From Laetmonice hystrix (taxonomy: Eukaryota): DNA of 64,000 bases. Within the stretch, counting starts at the first letter, position 1. The number at the start of each line of letters is the position of its first letter. A program made the position numbers and the translations under genes. Positions 35,301-49,580 of this stretch are shown here, piece by piece. Where the stretch lies: NCBI GenBank assembly GCA_965235115.1, contig OZ249436.1, positions 1,118,001-1,182,000 of the forward strand, in the 5' to 3' direction. A model generated the notes under the pieces. That model ran no database searches, was not told the DNA's origin, and saw only the letters and a list, made by a program, of their open reading frames with translations.

Positions 35301-35946
35301 CCCTCGGTGGCCTGTGGCGGGACTAGAATACAAGTATATATGTTTATAATTGAATAACTATCGGCTGAAGAGAGTGTGGACGACAGGAAAGTGGAGCGAC
35401 TGTTTTCCTAGATTGCACCATGCAGATTGAAGCATTTCAAGTATAAAATTCTAAACTGATTCACACAGCGTGATATATTAAGAACACGCATGTTATCACC
35501 CTTGCATAAAGATTGCGATGATGAAAGTAATGATGTACAGTACAAACAACGATTACTTCAATCCAGCTGCTCGGTGATCTATTCACACGAAATAAATCCT
35601 GCCAGATAGAGCGAGGATAACTAGGGATAACTACCACATTGTGCAAGTCGGCTCAGCGCTTAAATCGCTTTTTACCCGACTTCAGTTCCCAGACACAACT
35701 GTAGATGTTTTAAAGATTAAATTAAATGACATACACCCCCTACTACCTTTTCATTCTTTCGATTCTTTCTAGTAAACTTGGAATCCCCTTTGTCACGAGA
35801 CATCCTCCTCCGGAGAACACGTTGCATGCTAAGAAGATTTACAAAAACGTAGAGCTGTCGATGTGCCGTTCGAGGACTATACACTCTACCTATAGATGCC
35901 AGTCTGTGAGGCCAGAGAGAGACAGAACAGGGGCCAGTCGTATTAA

Positions 35947-36803
35947 AGGACTCCGTCAATTAAAAGTCACAATAAATCTCGTAATAAATTGGAAGCAAAA
36001 CTACGAAGCTGTATTAGGGCCATGGCAAAAAAAAATCACAAAAAAGTCTAACCCGTACGTACGACTTAGTAACCCGTACGTACGACTTAGTAACCCGTAC
36101 GTACGACTTAGTAACCCGTACGTACGACTTAGTAACCCGTAGGTACGACTTAGTAACCCGTACGTACGACTTACTAACTCGTACGTACGGGTTACTAAAA
36201 GTTTTCACAGTGAACACAAAGAGTCGTACGTACGACCTTTAGCAACCCGTACGTACGGGTTAGTAAGTCGTACGTACGGGTTAGTAAGTCGTACGTACGG
36301 GTTAGTAAGTCGTACGTACGGGTTACTAAGTCGTACGTACGGGTTAGTAAGTCGTACGTACGGGTTACTACGTCGTACGTACGGGCTACTAAGTCGTACG
36401 TACGGGTTACTAAGTCGTACGTACGGGTTACTAAGTCGTACGTACGGGTTACTAAGTCGTACGTACGGGTTACTAAGTCGTACGTACGGGTTACTAAGTC
36501 GTACGTACGGGTTACTAAGTCGTACGTACGGGTTAGACTTTTTTGTGATTCTTTTTTTGCCATGGCCCTAATACAGCTTCGTACAAAACAACTGCGCATG
36601 TAGTTGTAATACTGAGTAGAGTTCCACGCAGCCACGCAGGTTTGCCATGGCGGTGGTTTGTAACTACAAGACGGACTGTGCTCGGGCGACTGAACTTGTA
36701 ATTTTCTTACATTTGTTGCTATTATTTGATCGCCATATTTAAATATAATGTTGCTAAGGATGAAAGGTACGTTTCACATTTGGGGGGAATTGACGGAGTC
36801 CCT
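35947..36803. mobile_element. Kolobok-like MITE (TTAA TSD) hosting a nested fold-back
   Basis: ttaa|aggactccgtcaatt ... aattgacggagtccct|ttaa. Confidence 0.75.
36004..36581. mobile_element. TA-TSD fold-back MITE with opposed 21-bp tandem arrays
   Basis: ta|cgaagctgtattagggccatggcaaaa ... ttttgccatggccctaatacagcttcg|ta; (acccgtacgtacgacttagta)n followed by its reverse complement. Confidence 0.88.
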
Positions 36804-37353
36804 TTAACTTCCTCGTTACTACCGATTCTCGTTAATAACGATTTCATCTGTCGTCATTTAAGAACGTAATCATACTATTGGTATTAGTACGTTCATGTAA
36901 TGATGTATTCAATCAGACGTGCATGTAGTTGTACAAGAAGCGCGGGAAATTACATTTGTTCCTCTCGTGATTTCATTTCATAGCGTCCTCGATCGTGCCT
37001 GAGCTCCATTTCAAGTACCTTTCACTGTAGTGTCGCCCGAATGGCATGCAAAAAAACAGTCCGGCGCATCGACATGGAAACGAAACATATTAAAAGGTTA
37101 TTGTAGGCAAGCTAAGGTCTAGCTCTGACATTATAGTCAGACAAATTATAACTCTTTGATCTCGGCCTTTCATCAACTCGGTTTGATTTCCATCCAATAT
37201 CGTAGGCCAGCCATAAAGCCAACTCACCGATAACGCCGGCCCAGAGGTACAATCGTTTTCAGGGTCTATTTTTATCTGTGTCTGTATGTAGCTGGCATGG
37301 AGTAGATTGTTATCAACTAGAGAATATAGGTAACTCTTTCAGTTTATTCAGCA

Positions 37354-39068
37354 TTTAGAGGTGATAAGGTATCAGGGACCAGGGCATAGCCTTGGTTACA
37401 ACTTTAGAGGTGATAAGGTATCAGGGACCAGGGCATAGTCTTGGTTACAACTTTAGAGGTGATAAGTTAGGGACCAGGGCATAGCCTTGGTTACAACTTT
37501 AGAGGTGATAAGGTATCAGGGACCAGGGCATAGCCTTGGTTACAACTTTAGAGGTGATAAGGTATCAGGGACCAGGGCATAGCCTTGGTTACAACTTTAG
37601 AGGTGATAAGGTATCAGGGACCAGGGCATAGCCTTGGTTACAACTTTAGAGGTGATAAGGTATCAGGGACCAGGGCATAGCCTTGGTTACAACTTTAGAG
37701 GTGATAAGGTATCAGGGACCAGGGCATAGCCTTGGTTACAACTTTAGAGGTGATAAGGTATCAGGGACCAGGGCATAGCCTTGGTTACAACTTTAGAGGT
37801 GATAAGGTATCAGGGACCAGGGCATAGTCTTGGTTACAACTTTAGAGGTGATAAGGTATCAGGGACTAGGGCATAGCCTTGGTTACAACTTTAGAGGTGA
37901 TAAGGTATCAAGGACCAGGGCATAGCCTTGGTTACAACTTTAGAGGTGATAAGGTATCAGGGACCAGGGCATAGCCTTGGTTACAACTTTAGAGGTGATA
38001 AGGTATCAGGGACCAGGGCATAGCCTTGGTTACAACTTTAGAGGTGATAAGGTATCAGGGACCAGGGCATAGCCTTGGTTACAACTTTAGAGGTGATAAG
38101 GTATCAGGGACTAGGGCATAGCCTTGGTTACAACTTTAGAGGTGATAAGGTATCAGTCACCAGGACATAGCCTTGGTTACAACTTTAGAGGTGATAAGGT
38201 ATCAGGGACCAGGGCATAGCCTTGGTTACAACTTTAGAGGTGATAAGGTATCAGGGACCAGGGCATAGCCTTGGTTACAACTTTAGAGGTGATAAGGTAT
38301 CAGGGACCAGGGCATAGCCTTGGTTACAACTTTAGAGGTGATAAGGTATCAAGGACCAGGGCATAACCTTGGTTACAACTTTAGAGGTGATAAGGTATCA
38401 GGGACCAGGGCATAGCCTTGGTTACAACTTTAGAGGTGATAAGGTATCAGTCACCAGGGCATAGCCTTGGTTACAACTTTAGAGGTGATAAGGTATCAGG
38501 GACCAGGGCATAGCCTTGGTTACAACTTTAGAGGTGATAAGGTATCAGGGACCAGGGCATAGCCTTGGTTACAACTTTAGAGGTGATAAGGTATCAGGGA
38601 CCAGGGCATAGCCTTGGTTACAACTTTAGAGGTGATAAGGTATCAAGGACCAGGGCATAGCCTTGGTTACAACTTTAGAGGTGATAAGGTATCAGGGACC
38701 AGGGCATAATCTTGGTTACAACTTTAGAGGTGATAAGGTATCAAGGACCAGGACATAGCCTTGGTTACAACTTTAGAGGTGATAGGGTATCAGGGACCAG
38801 GGCATAGTCTTGGTTACAACTTTAGAGGTGATAAGGTATCAGGGACCAGGGCATAGCCTTGGTTACAACTTTAGAGGTGATAAGGTATCAGGGACCAGGG
38901 CATAGCCTTGGTTACAACTTTAGAGGTGATAAGGTATCAGGGACCAGGGCATAATCTTGGTTACAACTTTAGAGGTGATAAGGTATCAGGGACCAGGGCA
39001 TAATCTTGGTTACAACTTTAGAGGTGATAAGGTATCAGGGACCAGGGCATAATCTTGGTTACAACTTT
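37354..39068. repeat. 49-bp x ~35 satellite
   Basis: tttagaggtgataaggtatcagggaccagggcatagccttggttacaac. Confidence 0.97.
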
Positions 39069-39353
39069 GCAATCATGACTAATTGACTTTACCAGCACAT
39101 TACTACTTTCTCTATTACACAACGTTTTCCTGTTGGATATACCATTTTTTCGTGTAGAAACTCACCCATTTGACTTACTGAAGGCCGTCAAAAAAACTGG
39201 TAAATGTAAGCAAGGAAGGCCAACAACACAGAACTGTTTACATATCGGGTATCTTGGATTGATTGCCTAATATTTACCAGAAACGAGGCTGTCGTCCATG
39301 GGAACATGCTCTGAGCCACCTAGTGGCGATTTGATAACTAAGCCCTATTATAA

Positions 39354-39554
39354 TAGTTTGGTTCCCTTGCCCGCCGCTGCGCTCCTTGGCGCTAAAAGTC
39401 TCTTCGCTTGTCCGCTTCGCTTGGCCGATTCTCACACTCGAGTCCTTTCGCCAATTTCATTTCAGCAAATGGACGCGATCGTGAGCGTGCGCTTGGCCAA
39501 GCGAAGCGACCATCAGCGCCAAAGAGCGCAGCGGCGGGCAAGGGAACCAGGCTA
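39354..39554. mobile_element. Palindromic MITE
   Basis: tagtttggttcccttgcccgccgctgcgctccttggcgct ... agcgccaaagagcgcagcggcgggcaagggaaccaggcta. Confidence 0.8.
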
Positions 39555-39768
39555 TATGCCGTCCACAAAATGGCACAGGTGGCGTTTGCCGGAAGTGTCG
39601 AGAGGAAGCAAGTCGAGCTGGCTTTTGTCCGCGGCTAATTCCAACAAAGCATTAAGACAAACCCCGATATAAGCACAGCTTTTATTGAGCAATTTGGAAA
39701 GGTTCGCAAACTTTACATACATAATACTGTATAGTGTAAGAAACCAATTAGGCCCTAAAGCTAGCACC

Positions 39769-39800
<32 letters not shown>

Positions 39801-39841
39801 GGGGGGGGGGGGGGTCCCCCACGGTTTATTTTTTTATGTCT

Positions 39842-40344
39842 GGAGAGGTATTCTATACCAATGTATAATTTTACTTCCATTTAGCCCTACTTACAGTGTT
39901 GCATGGCGACGATGATGGTGTCACAATACGGTTGTTTCCCTAAAATAGTTCCACGCAACGTCCACTGGGAGTCGCTGTGGCCGCCAGCGCATGCACCCAG
40001 GATAGTCTTTCGGCGCTGCTTCCGGCCCTTGAGCTTTGGTTGTCAACAAGTCCTAATTGACTTCGGGCTTTTCCTGATAGAGCATGGAATTTGCGCTGTG
40101 ATTTGACTTAAAGAGGTTTCACTTTGTCCTGCTGCAAAAAGTCAAAATCGATTTTTTTTCCGTCCCTGAGGCAGAGCATCTGTAAAAAATGTAGCCAGTA
40201 CAATAGATCCCGCCACTCATGTAGAATAGGGACGATAACGAAGGTGTCTTGTGGCGACGACGGCGACAAACATAAGGAAAGTTTTAAAAAGCGTTATAAG
40301 GTAACACCTTCCTCGGATGATTCAGGTCGACGAAAGACGTCCAG
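39842..40344 (+). repeat. ~500-bp dispersed repeat; inverted paralog at 49578-50075
   Basis: Shared blocks such as cttccggcccttgagctttggttgtcaacaagtcctaattgacttcgg vs ccgaagtcaattaggacttgttgacaaccaaagctcaagggccggaag. Confidence 0.85.
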
Positions 40345-40466
40345 TAATTCGCAGACATTTAACATTTTATACATTTAAGAACGGTATTTGTAATAATAGT
40401 GTAATTTTCATATTAAACTAGGCCCTATATAGGCCGAGTGAATGCGGATAATATACATCAAATCAG

Positions 40467-41880
40467 ATAGGAGGAAAGTGAAATGGGGCAGGGTAAAGGT
40501 TAGGGACAGGGCTAGGAATATAGGAGGAGAGTGAAATTGGGCAAGGTAAAGGTTCGGGACAGGGCTAGGAATATAGGAGGAAAGTGAAATGGGGCAGGGT
40601 AAAGGTTAGGGACATGGCTAGGAATATAGGAGGAAAGTGAAATGGGGCAGGGTAAAGGTTAGGGACAGGGCTAGGAATATAGGAGGAAAGTGAAATGGGG
40701 CAGGGTAAAGGTTAGGGACATGGCTAGGAATATAGGAGGAAAGTGAAATGGGGCAGGGTAAAGGTTAGGGACAGGGCTAGGAATATAGGAGGAAAGTGAA
40801 ATGGGGCAGGGTAAAGGTTAGGGACAGGGCTAGGAATATAGGAGGAAAGTGAAATGGGGCAGGGTAAAGGTTAGGGACAGGGCTAGGAATATAGGAGGAA
40901 AGTGAAATGGGGCAGGGTAAAGGTTAGGGACAGGGCTAGGAATATAGGAGGAAAGTGAAATGGGGCAGGGTAAAGGTTAGGGACAGGGCTAGGAATATAG
41001 GAGGAAAGTGAAATGGGACAGGGTAAAGGTTAGGGACAGGGCTAGGAATATAGGAGGAAAGTGAAATGGGACAAGGTAAAGGTTATAGGGACAGGGCTAG
41101 GAATATAGGAGGAAAGTGAAATGGGGCAGGGTAAAGGTTATAGGGACAGGGCTAGGAATATAGGAGGAAAGTGAAATGGGACAGGGTAAAGGTTAGGGAC
41201 AGGGCTAGGAATATAGGAGGAAAGTGAAATGGGACAGGGTAAAGGTTAGGGACAGGGCTAGGAATATAGGAGGAGAGTGAAATGGGACAAGGTAAAGGTT
41301 ATAGGGACAGGGCTAGGAATATAGGAGGAAAGTGAAATGGGGCAGGGTAAAGGTTATAGGGACAGGGCTAGGAATATAGGAGGAAAGTGAAATGGGGCAG
41401 GGTAAAGGTTATAGGGACAGGGCTAGGAATATAGGAGGAAAGTGAAATGGGGCAAGGTAAAGGTTATAGGGACAGGGCTAGGAATATAGGAGGAAAGTGA
41501 AATGGGGCAGGGTAAAGGTTATAGGACAGGGCTAGGAATATAGGAGGAAAGTGAAATGGGGCAAGGTAAAGGTTATAGGGACAGGGCTAGGAATATAGGA
41601 GGAAAGTGAAATGGGGCAAGGTAAAGGTTATAGGGACAGGGCTAGGAATATAGGAGGAAAGTGAAATGGGGCAGGGTAAAGGTTATAGGACAGGGCTAGG
41701 AATATAGGAGGAAAGTGAAATGGGGCAAGGTAAAGGTTATAGGGACAGGGCTAGGAATATAGGAGGAAAGTGAAATGGGGCAGGGTAAAGGTTATAGGAC
41801 AGGGCTAGGAATATAGGAGGAAAGTGAAATGGGGCAGGGTAAAGGTTATAGGGACAGGGCTAGCAATATAGGAGGAAAGT
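40467..41880. repeat. 53/55-bp G-rich satellite
   Basis: ataggaggaaagtgaaatggggcagggtaaaggtta(ta)gggacagggctaggaat. Confidence 0.97.
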
Positions 41881-41885
41881 ATCCG

Positions 41886-43112
41886 GATCTACATCAATAA
41901 ACTGGGCACATGGACTGCAGCTCAAACATGGCTATACAATACGGTTGATGTGATCTACATCAATAAACTGGGCACATGGACTGCAGCTCGGACTTGGCTA
42001 TACAATACGGTTGATGTGATCTACATCAATAAACTGGGCACATGGACTGCAACTCGGACATGGCTATACAATACGGTGGATGTGATCTACATCAATAAAC
42101 TGGGCACATGGACTGCAGCTCGGACTTGGCTATACAATACGGTTGATGTGATCTACATCAATAAACTGGGCACATGGACTGTAACTCGGACATGGCTATA
42201 CAATACGGTTGATGTGATCTACATCAATAAACTGGGCACATGGACTGCAGCTCAAACATGGCTATACAATACGGTTGATGTGATCTACATCAATAAACTG
42301 GGCACATGGACTGCAGCTCGGACATGGCTATACAATACGGTTGATGTGATCTACATCAATAAACTGGGCACATGGACTGCAGCTCAAACATGGCTATACA
42401 ATACGGTTGATGTGATCTACATCAATAAGGGCACATGGACTGCAGCTCGGACATGGCTATACAATACGGTTGATGTGATCTACATCAATAAACTGGGCAC
42501 ATGGACTGCAGCTCAAACATGGCTATACAATACGGTTGATGTGATCTACATCAATAAACTGGGCACATGGACTGCAACTCGGACATGGCTATACAATACG
42601 GTTGATGTGATCTACATCAATAAACTGGGCACATGGACTGCAACTCGGACATGGCTATACAATACGGTTGATGTGATCTACATCAATAAACTGGGCACAT
42701 GGACTGCAACTCGGACATGGCTATACAATACGGTTGATGTGATCTGTATCAATACTGGGCACATGGACTGCAGCTCGGACATGGCTATACAATACGGTTG
42801 ATGTGATCTACATCAATAAACTGGGCACATGGACTGTAACTCGGACATGGCTATACAATACGGTTGATGTGATCTACATCAATACTGGGCACATGGACTG
42901 CAACTCGGACATGGCTATACAATACGGTTGATGTGATCTACATCAATACTGGGCACATGGACTGCAGCTCGGACATGGCTATACAATACGGTTGATGTGC
43001 TGAACGAATCAAACATGGCTATACAATACGGTTGATGTGTTCTACATCAATACTGGGCACATGGACTGCAGCTCAAACATGGCTATACAATACGGTTGAT
43101 GTGCTGAACGAA
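41886..43112. repeat. 66-bp satellite
   Basis: gatctacatcaataaactgggcacatggactgcagctcggacatggctatacaatacggttgatgt. Confidence 0.97.
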
Positions 43113-43599
43113 TCTCGCTTAATCTATTAATCTCGGGTTACTTATAATCTGTCATCATAAATAATCCCAATGATTGATATCTTTGTGAGAAGGCAGTGCT
43201 GGGACGCAAGTCAACAGAGGGGGAGAAATCCTGTTTACCGAAATGATCTTAACGGCACAAACACTTGATAATCAGGAGATTTTCCTGAATATTGATATCC
43301 ATGTCGATGAGCATTTCAGCCGTTAATAATGTGACAAATCTGTTGACATTTCAGTCAATCAAGATATCCGTCTCAAACAAGCAGATGCCTTTGTGTACTG
43401 AAATCGGAAACTTCTTAATGGTAAAAACGGCTACAATAAGTACAATAAGTGTCTCAGCCCACCTAGTCCCCATGACAGAACCTCAACTAAAGGCCAAGGA
43501 TACTATAATTAACTTTAATAAGAACCTCAGGGAACCGATCCACAAAAATGAAATATGTTTGGGTTTCACAAAGAAAATGGAAGATGAGAAGGGCATCGG

Positions 43600-44145
43600 T
43601 AAAAACATTGAGTAACTTTATATCTGATAAAAACATTGAGAAACTCTATATCTGATAAAAACATTGAGAAACTCTATATCTGATAAAAACATTGAGAAAC
43701 GCTATATCTGATAAAAACATTGAGAAACTCTATATCTGATAAAAACATTGAGAAACTCTGTATCTGATAAAAACATTGAGAAACTCTATATCTGATAAAA
43801 ACATTGAGAAACTCTATATCTGATAAAAACATTGAGAAACTCTATATCTGATAAAAACATTGAGAAACTCTATATATCTGATAAAAACATTGAGAAACTC
43901 TATATCTGATAAAAACATTGAGAAACTCTATATCTGATAAAAACATTGAGAAACTCTATATATCTGATAAAAACATTGAGAAACTCTATATCTGATAAAA
44001 ACATTGAGAAACTCTATATCTGATAAAAACATTGAGAAACTCTATATCTGATAAAAACATTGAAACACTCTAGATCTGATAAAAACATTGAGAAACTCTA
44101 TATCTGATAAAAACATTGAGAAACTCTATATCTGATAAAAACATT
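43600..44145. repeat. 28-bp satellite
   Basis: aaaaacattgagaaactctatatctgat. Confidence 0.97.
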
Positions 44146-45355
44146 AAATCAGGACTCTAGGATCAGTAGCTTTATATACCCTTTATTTAAAGCAATAAGG
44201 GTTTGTAAGCCAGCAAAGATTACGATTGAAGGTACAGTTTCCTGTAGTGTGCTTTAATGTCTGTCCATAGCCAGACAACCATGCCAAATGTTTCACTGTT
44301 GGACACTAATTAATCCGTCAATTTGTTGTATCTGTCGTTGTTTTTACGTATCCAGCTGACAGATAGATAATTCAGCTGTCATTAATTTTCAATTCGAGGG
44401 CATTCACCCGAAAAAGACGAGCAAATTAACCTTGCTCCAGCGCTTTTAACCTCTGTGCATGGACAAGTCCCTGGGGAGTTTCTGTTTTTTCAATCTTCAG
44501 TGGAGCTCAAAATGTTATAACCGCACGACAGCAGGTCAATGGTTTTTAAAACCTTTCCCGATTCCCAGAAGGTGCAGAGAAATTGGCATGTCACAGGCGG
44601 TGTGCGTGTTCGAGGGAGATATATGGCATCGCGGACGCTGAGTCATGTCATTTTGAGACACAATTTTAATTTTGGTCCCCTGGAAGGACTATTTAAGATA
44701 TCAACTTGATTTCTTCTCCAGATATTAAGAACATTTTATGCCACCCGATATATGTATTACCTTTTATGGCCGTTACCTATAGATGGGAAACAATATTACA
44801 TTGGACAACAAAGGCTGAAGGTTTATGGCACTGAAACTGCGACAAGCAATGCGTAGGTCCTGATCTGAATATATTAGGGAGCTTCAATGAGATTCACGTT
44901 CGTGCAATATTGGCAATATTTACACCGTCCAATAAACGGATCACACGCTAGAAGATAAAACAGACGGTTCATCGCATCTCGAAAATTCGATAAATGAGAA
45001 ACCAGGAGAATATGAAGCCACAGTAAACGGGACGACAGAACGGGCGACTCTTTGATAAATGACCTCAGTGACATTCACTGTCGTGTACAAGATGTCAGGT
45101 GCATCAATACGGCACGACACCATATAAAAATATTATATTGTTGTAATATAAAAATATAGTTTAAAAATTGTTTTTCAACAACAGTTACTGAAAAAAAACA
45201 CACACACTTCAACTCCAGTAGAGGACTGTACAACTTTTCCCTTTCCGGACATTCTCGAAGTAACTGGGTTACGCCTGGTGCCCGTGCATCTAAAGAAAAA
45301 CTCGCGCACACACCCTACACACCTGAGCACCCAAGTGAAGAACAATACAGCTGAT

Positions 45356-46935
45356 GACATTGTGAACAAAAAGATTTCCTCAAACACTGACTTGAGTTTT
45401 CTTCACATTGTTCACATTGTTCACATTGTTCACAAAAAGATTTCCTCAAGCACGGACTCGAGTTTTCTTCACATTGTTCACATTTTTCACACTGTTCACA
45501 TTGTTCACATTGTTCACATTGTGAACAAAAAGATTTCCTCAAACACGGACTTGAGTTTTCTTCACATTGTGAACAAAAAGATTTCCTCAAGCACGAATCG
45601 AATTTTCTTCACATTGTTCACATTTTTCACACTGTTCACATTGTTCACATTGTTCACATTGTGAACAAAAAGATTTCCTCAAACACGGACTTGAGTTTTC
45701 TTCACATTGTGAACAAAAAGATTTCCTCAAGCACGGACTCGAGTTTTCTTCACATTTTTCACATTTTTCACACTGTTCACATTGTTCACATTGTGAACAA
45801 AAAGATTTCCTCAAACACGGACTTGAGTTTTCTTCACATTGTGAACAAAAAGATTTCCTCAAGCACGGACTCGAGTTTTCTTCACATTGTTCACATTGTA
45901 CACATTGTTCACATTGTTCACAAAAAGATTTCCTCAAGCACGGACTCGAGTTTTCTTCACATTGTTCACATTGTTCACATTGTGAACAAAAAGATTTCCT
46001 CAAGCACGGACTCGAGTTTTCTTCACATTGTTCCCATTTTTTCACACTGTTCACATTGTTCACATTGTTCACATTGTGTACAAAAAGATTTCCTCAAACA
46101 CGGACTCGAGTTTTCTTCACATTGTTCACATTGTTCACATTGTGAACAAAAAGATTTCCTCAAACACGGACTTGAGTTTTCTTCACATTGTGAACAAAAA
46201 GATTTCCTCAAGCACGAATCGAATTTTCTTCACATTGTTCACATTTTTCACACTGTTCACATTGTTCACATTGTTCACATTGTGAACAAAAAGATTTCCT
46301 CAAACACGGACTTGAGTTTTCTTCACATTGTGAACAAAAAGATTTCCTCAAGCACGGACTCGAGTTTTCTTCACATTTTTCACATTTTTCACACTGTTCA
46401 CATTGTTCACATTGTGAACAAAAAGATTTCCTCAAACACGGACTTGAGTTTTCTTCACATTGTGAACAAAAAGATTTCCTCAAGCACGGACTCGAGTTTT
46501 CTTCACATTGTTCACATTGTACACATTGTTCACATTGTTCACAAAAAGATTTCCTCAAGCACGGACTCGAGTTTTCTTCACATTGTTCACATTGTTCACA
46601 TTGTGAACAAAAAGATTTCCTCAAGCACGGACTCGAGTTTTCTTCACATTGTTCCCATTTTTTCACACTGTTCACATTGTTCACATTGTTCACATTGTGT
46701 ACAAAAAGATTTCCTCAAACACGGACTCGAGTTTTCTTCACATTGTTCACATTGTTCACATTGTGAACAAAAAGATTTCCTCAAACACGGACTTGAGTTT
46801 TCTTTATATTGTTCACATTGTTCACATTGTGAACAAAAAGATTTCCTCAAACACGGACTTGAGTTTTCTTCACATTGTTCACATTGTTCACATTGTTCAC
46901 AACAAGATTTCCTCAAACACGGACTTGAGTTTTCT
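45356..46935. repeat. Compound satellite (9-bp ttcacattg plus ~48-bp core) with 621-bp higher-order repeat
   Basis: Identical ORFs at 45587 and 46208 (offset 621). Confidence 0.95.
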
Positions 46936-47724
46936 TGTAAATATGCCTGACTAATCTGGTTAGTGTATTTTTCCATACCTTGCCTGAACATGCTAAATTA
47001 CATAATTTTACATCGACAGACATTCATGGTCACTACAGAAACTTGAGTGGCCGAATATACACAGCACAGGTAAACGACCGCCTGGTTGAACATGTTCCCT
47101 ACAAACGGTTGCCATTAGAGGGAACCTAATAGTACCTACCCTCGTCAATATATGGAGGCTGTTTACGGAGATCAGGATGGGTATAACATACATATTAACA
47201 TACCTATAGATCCTAGGATGTTGAGTCCCCTACACCATCTCCACACGACAGGGGGTTATCCCAATATACATGTGGGTGTGGGTGGGGCGGGGTGAGGTGT
47301 GGTGTGGGTGGGGTGGGGTGGGGTGGGGTGTGGTGAGGTGGGGTGCATGGTGTTGGGTGGGGTGGGGGAGAGGTGAGTATGGAGGTATGTGGGGATACAT
47401 AGGTGGATGATGAGCTGCTGATGTTCATGTATTATAAGATCTTATAATACATTAACCCCCCTTTCAGGCTCATTTTTTGGAGTTTCTTACTTGAAATCGA
47501 CGTAGGAGAACACCATATAACATGACAAACTCAACTCATTACATGCGAAGATCATACGCAATATGTTTTCGAAGACGAAATATAAAAGAAGAATGACTTT
47601 AATATATATATCCTGCAGTTCCTATGTGTAATTTATTATAAATCTATATGAGTTTTGAGGCATTGTCGGATTAGAGCTGTCAAATATTCGGTTCATGTCT
47701 TTTACTGGCACAGTACCGAACTAA

Positions 47725-48485
47725 TTTCACTGGACAAACTGCACACTGACCGTCCTAAATAAGCTTTCACTGGACAAACTGCACACTGACCGTCCTAAAT
47801 AAGCTTTCACTGGATAAACTGCACACTGACCGTCCTAAATAAGCTTTCACTGGACAAACTGCACACTGACCGTCCTAAATAAGCTTTCACTGGACAAACT
47901 GTACACTGACCGTCCTAAATAAGCTTTCACTGGACAAACTGTACACTGACCGTCCTAAATAAGCTTTCACTGGGCAAACTGCACACTGACCGTCCTAAAT
48001 AAGCTTTCACTGGACAAACTGCACACTGACCGTCCTAAATAAGCTTTCACTGGACAAACTGCACACTGACAGTCCTAAATAAGCTTTCACTGGACAAACT
48101 GCACACTGACCGTCCTAAATAAGCTTTCACTGGACAAACTGTACACTGGCCGTCCTAAATAAGCTTTCACTGGACAAACTGTACACTGGCCGTCCTAAAT
48201 AAGCTTTCACTGGACAAACTGCACACTGACCGTCCTAAATAAGCTTTCACTGGACAAACTGCACACTGACCGTCCTAAATAAGCTTTCACTGGACAAACT
48301 GTACACTGGCCGTCCTAAATAAGCTTTCACTGGACAAACTGTACACTGGCCGTCCTAAATAAGCTTTCACTGGACAAACTGCACACTGACCGTCCTAAAT
48401 AAGCTTTCACTGGACAAACTGTACACTGACCGTCCTAAATAAGCTTTCACTGGACAAACTGTACACTGGCCGTCCTAAATAAGCT
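47725..48485. repeat. 40-bp x 19 satellite
   Basis: tttcactggacaaactgcacactgaccgtcctaaataagc. Confidence 0.97.
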
Positions 48486-48916
48486 TGTTTGGTGGAGCAC
48501 CAACTGAACACCTGCCGGAATGACCTGTACGCACGGTGGCGCCCTCTGTTACCCGTCTTATTCAGCGTTCTGATTTATCACCATGACAACAATCGTTCAG
48601 TGCGCCGTTCACTTAATTAAAATAAACGACATCTATAACAGAAGCTCTGTCGGCTAGGTGGTTATACCCCATGGTATCCCACAAAATTAGGGATAGGGGT
48701 TGGGGTTGGGGGCGGGTAGGGATGGGGGCGTTTTCTTAAAGGGGCCAGAGACCGAGAACAGTGGCTAGGGTTAGGGTTGCGGCATGGAATGGTCATCTTT
48801 TTTATTGTTTTTCCAATTTCGTGGATATCACCATGGTGATCTACTTTGTGTAATGCCAGGAAGGCCATTTACACGATATCATGAAACCTTAATGATATCA
48901 CCACGGGGACCTAGTG

Positions 48917-49580
48917 GTAGTTTAACACCTGGTTGTGTAATGACAGGCTGGTTAGTTTAACACCTGGTTGTGTAATGCCAGGCTGGTTAGTTTAACACCT
49001 GTTTGTGTAATGTCAGGCTGGTTAGTTTAACACCTGTTTATGTAATGCCAGGCTGGTTAGTTTAACACCTGTTTATGTAATGCCAGGCTGGTTAGTTTAA
49101 CACCTGTTTGTGTAATGCCAGGCTGGTGAGTTTAACACCTGGTTGTGTAATGTCAGGCTGGTTAGTTTAACACCTGTTTATGTAATGCCAGGCTGGTTAG
49201 TTTAACACCTGTTTGTGTAATGCCAGGCTGGTTAGTTTAACACCTGGTTGTGTAATGTCAGGCTGGTTAGTTTAACACCTGTTTATGTAATGCCAGGCTG
49301 GTTAGTTTAACACCTGTTTGTGTAATGCCAGGCTGGTTAGTTTAACACCTGTTTGTGTAATGACAGGCTGGTTAGTTTAACACCTGTTTGTGTAATGCCA
49401 GGCTGGTTAGTTTAACACCTGGTTGTGTAATGCCAGGAAGGTTAGTTTAACACCTGGTTGTGTAATGCCAGGCTGGTTAGTTTAACACCTGTTTGTGTAA
49501 TGCCAGGCTGGTTAGTTTAACACCTGTTTGTGTAATGCCAGGCTGGTTAGTTTAACACCTGTTTGTGTAATGCCAGGCTG
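48917..49580. repeat. 35-bp x ~19 satellite
   Basis: tttaacacctg(g/t)ttgtgtaatgccaggctggttag. Confidence 0.97.

Noticed and set aside
41950..42801. 283-aa repeat ORF
   Set aside because: 66-bp satellite; the frame is broken by 1-bp-deleted units
45315..46991. CxxC-rich ORFs as zinc finger or metallothionein
   Set aside because: They arise from a 9-bp microrepeat and are open on both strands
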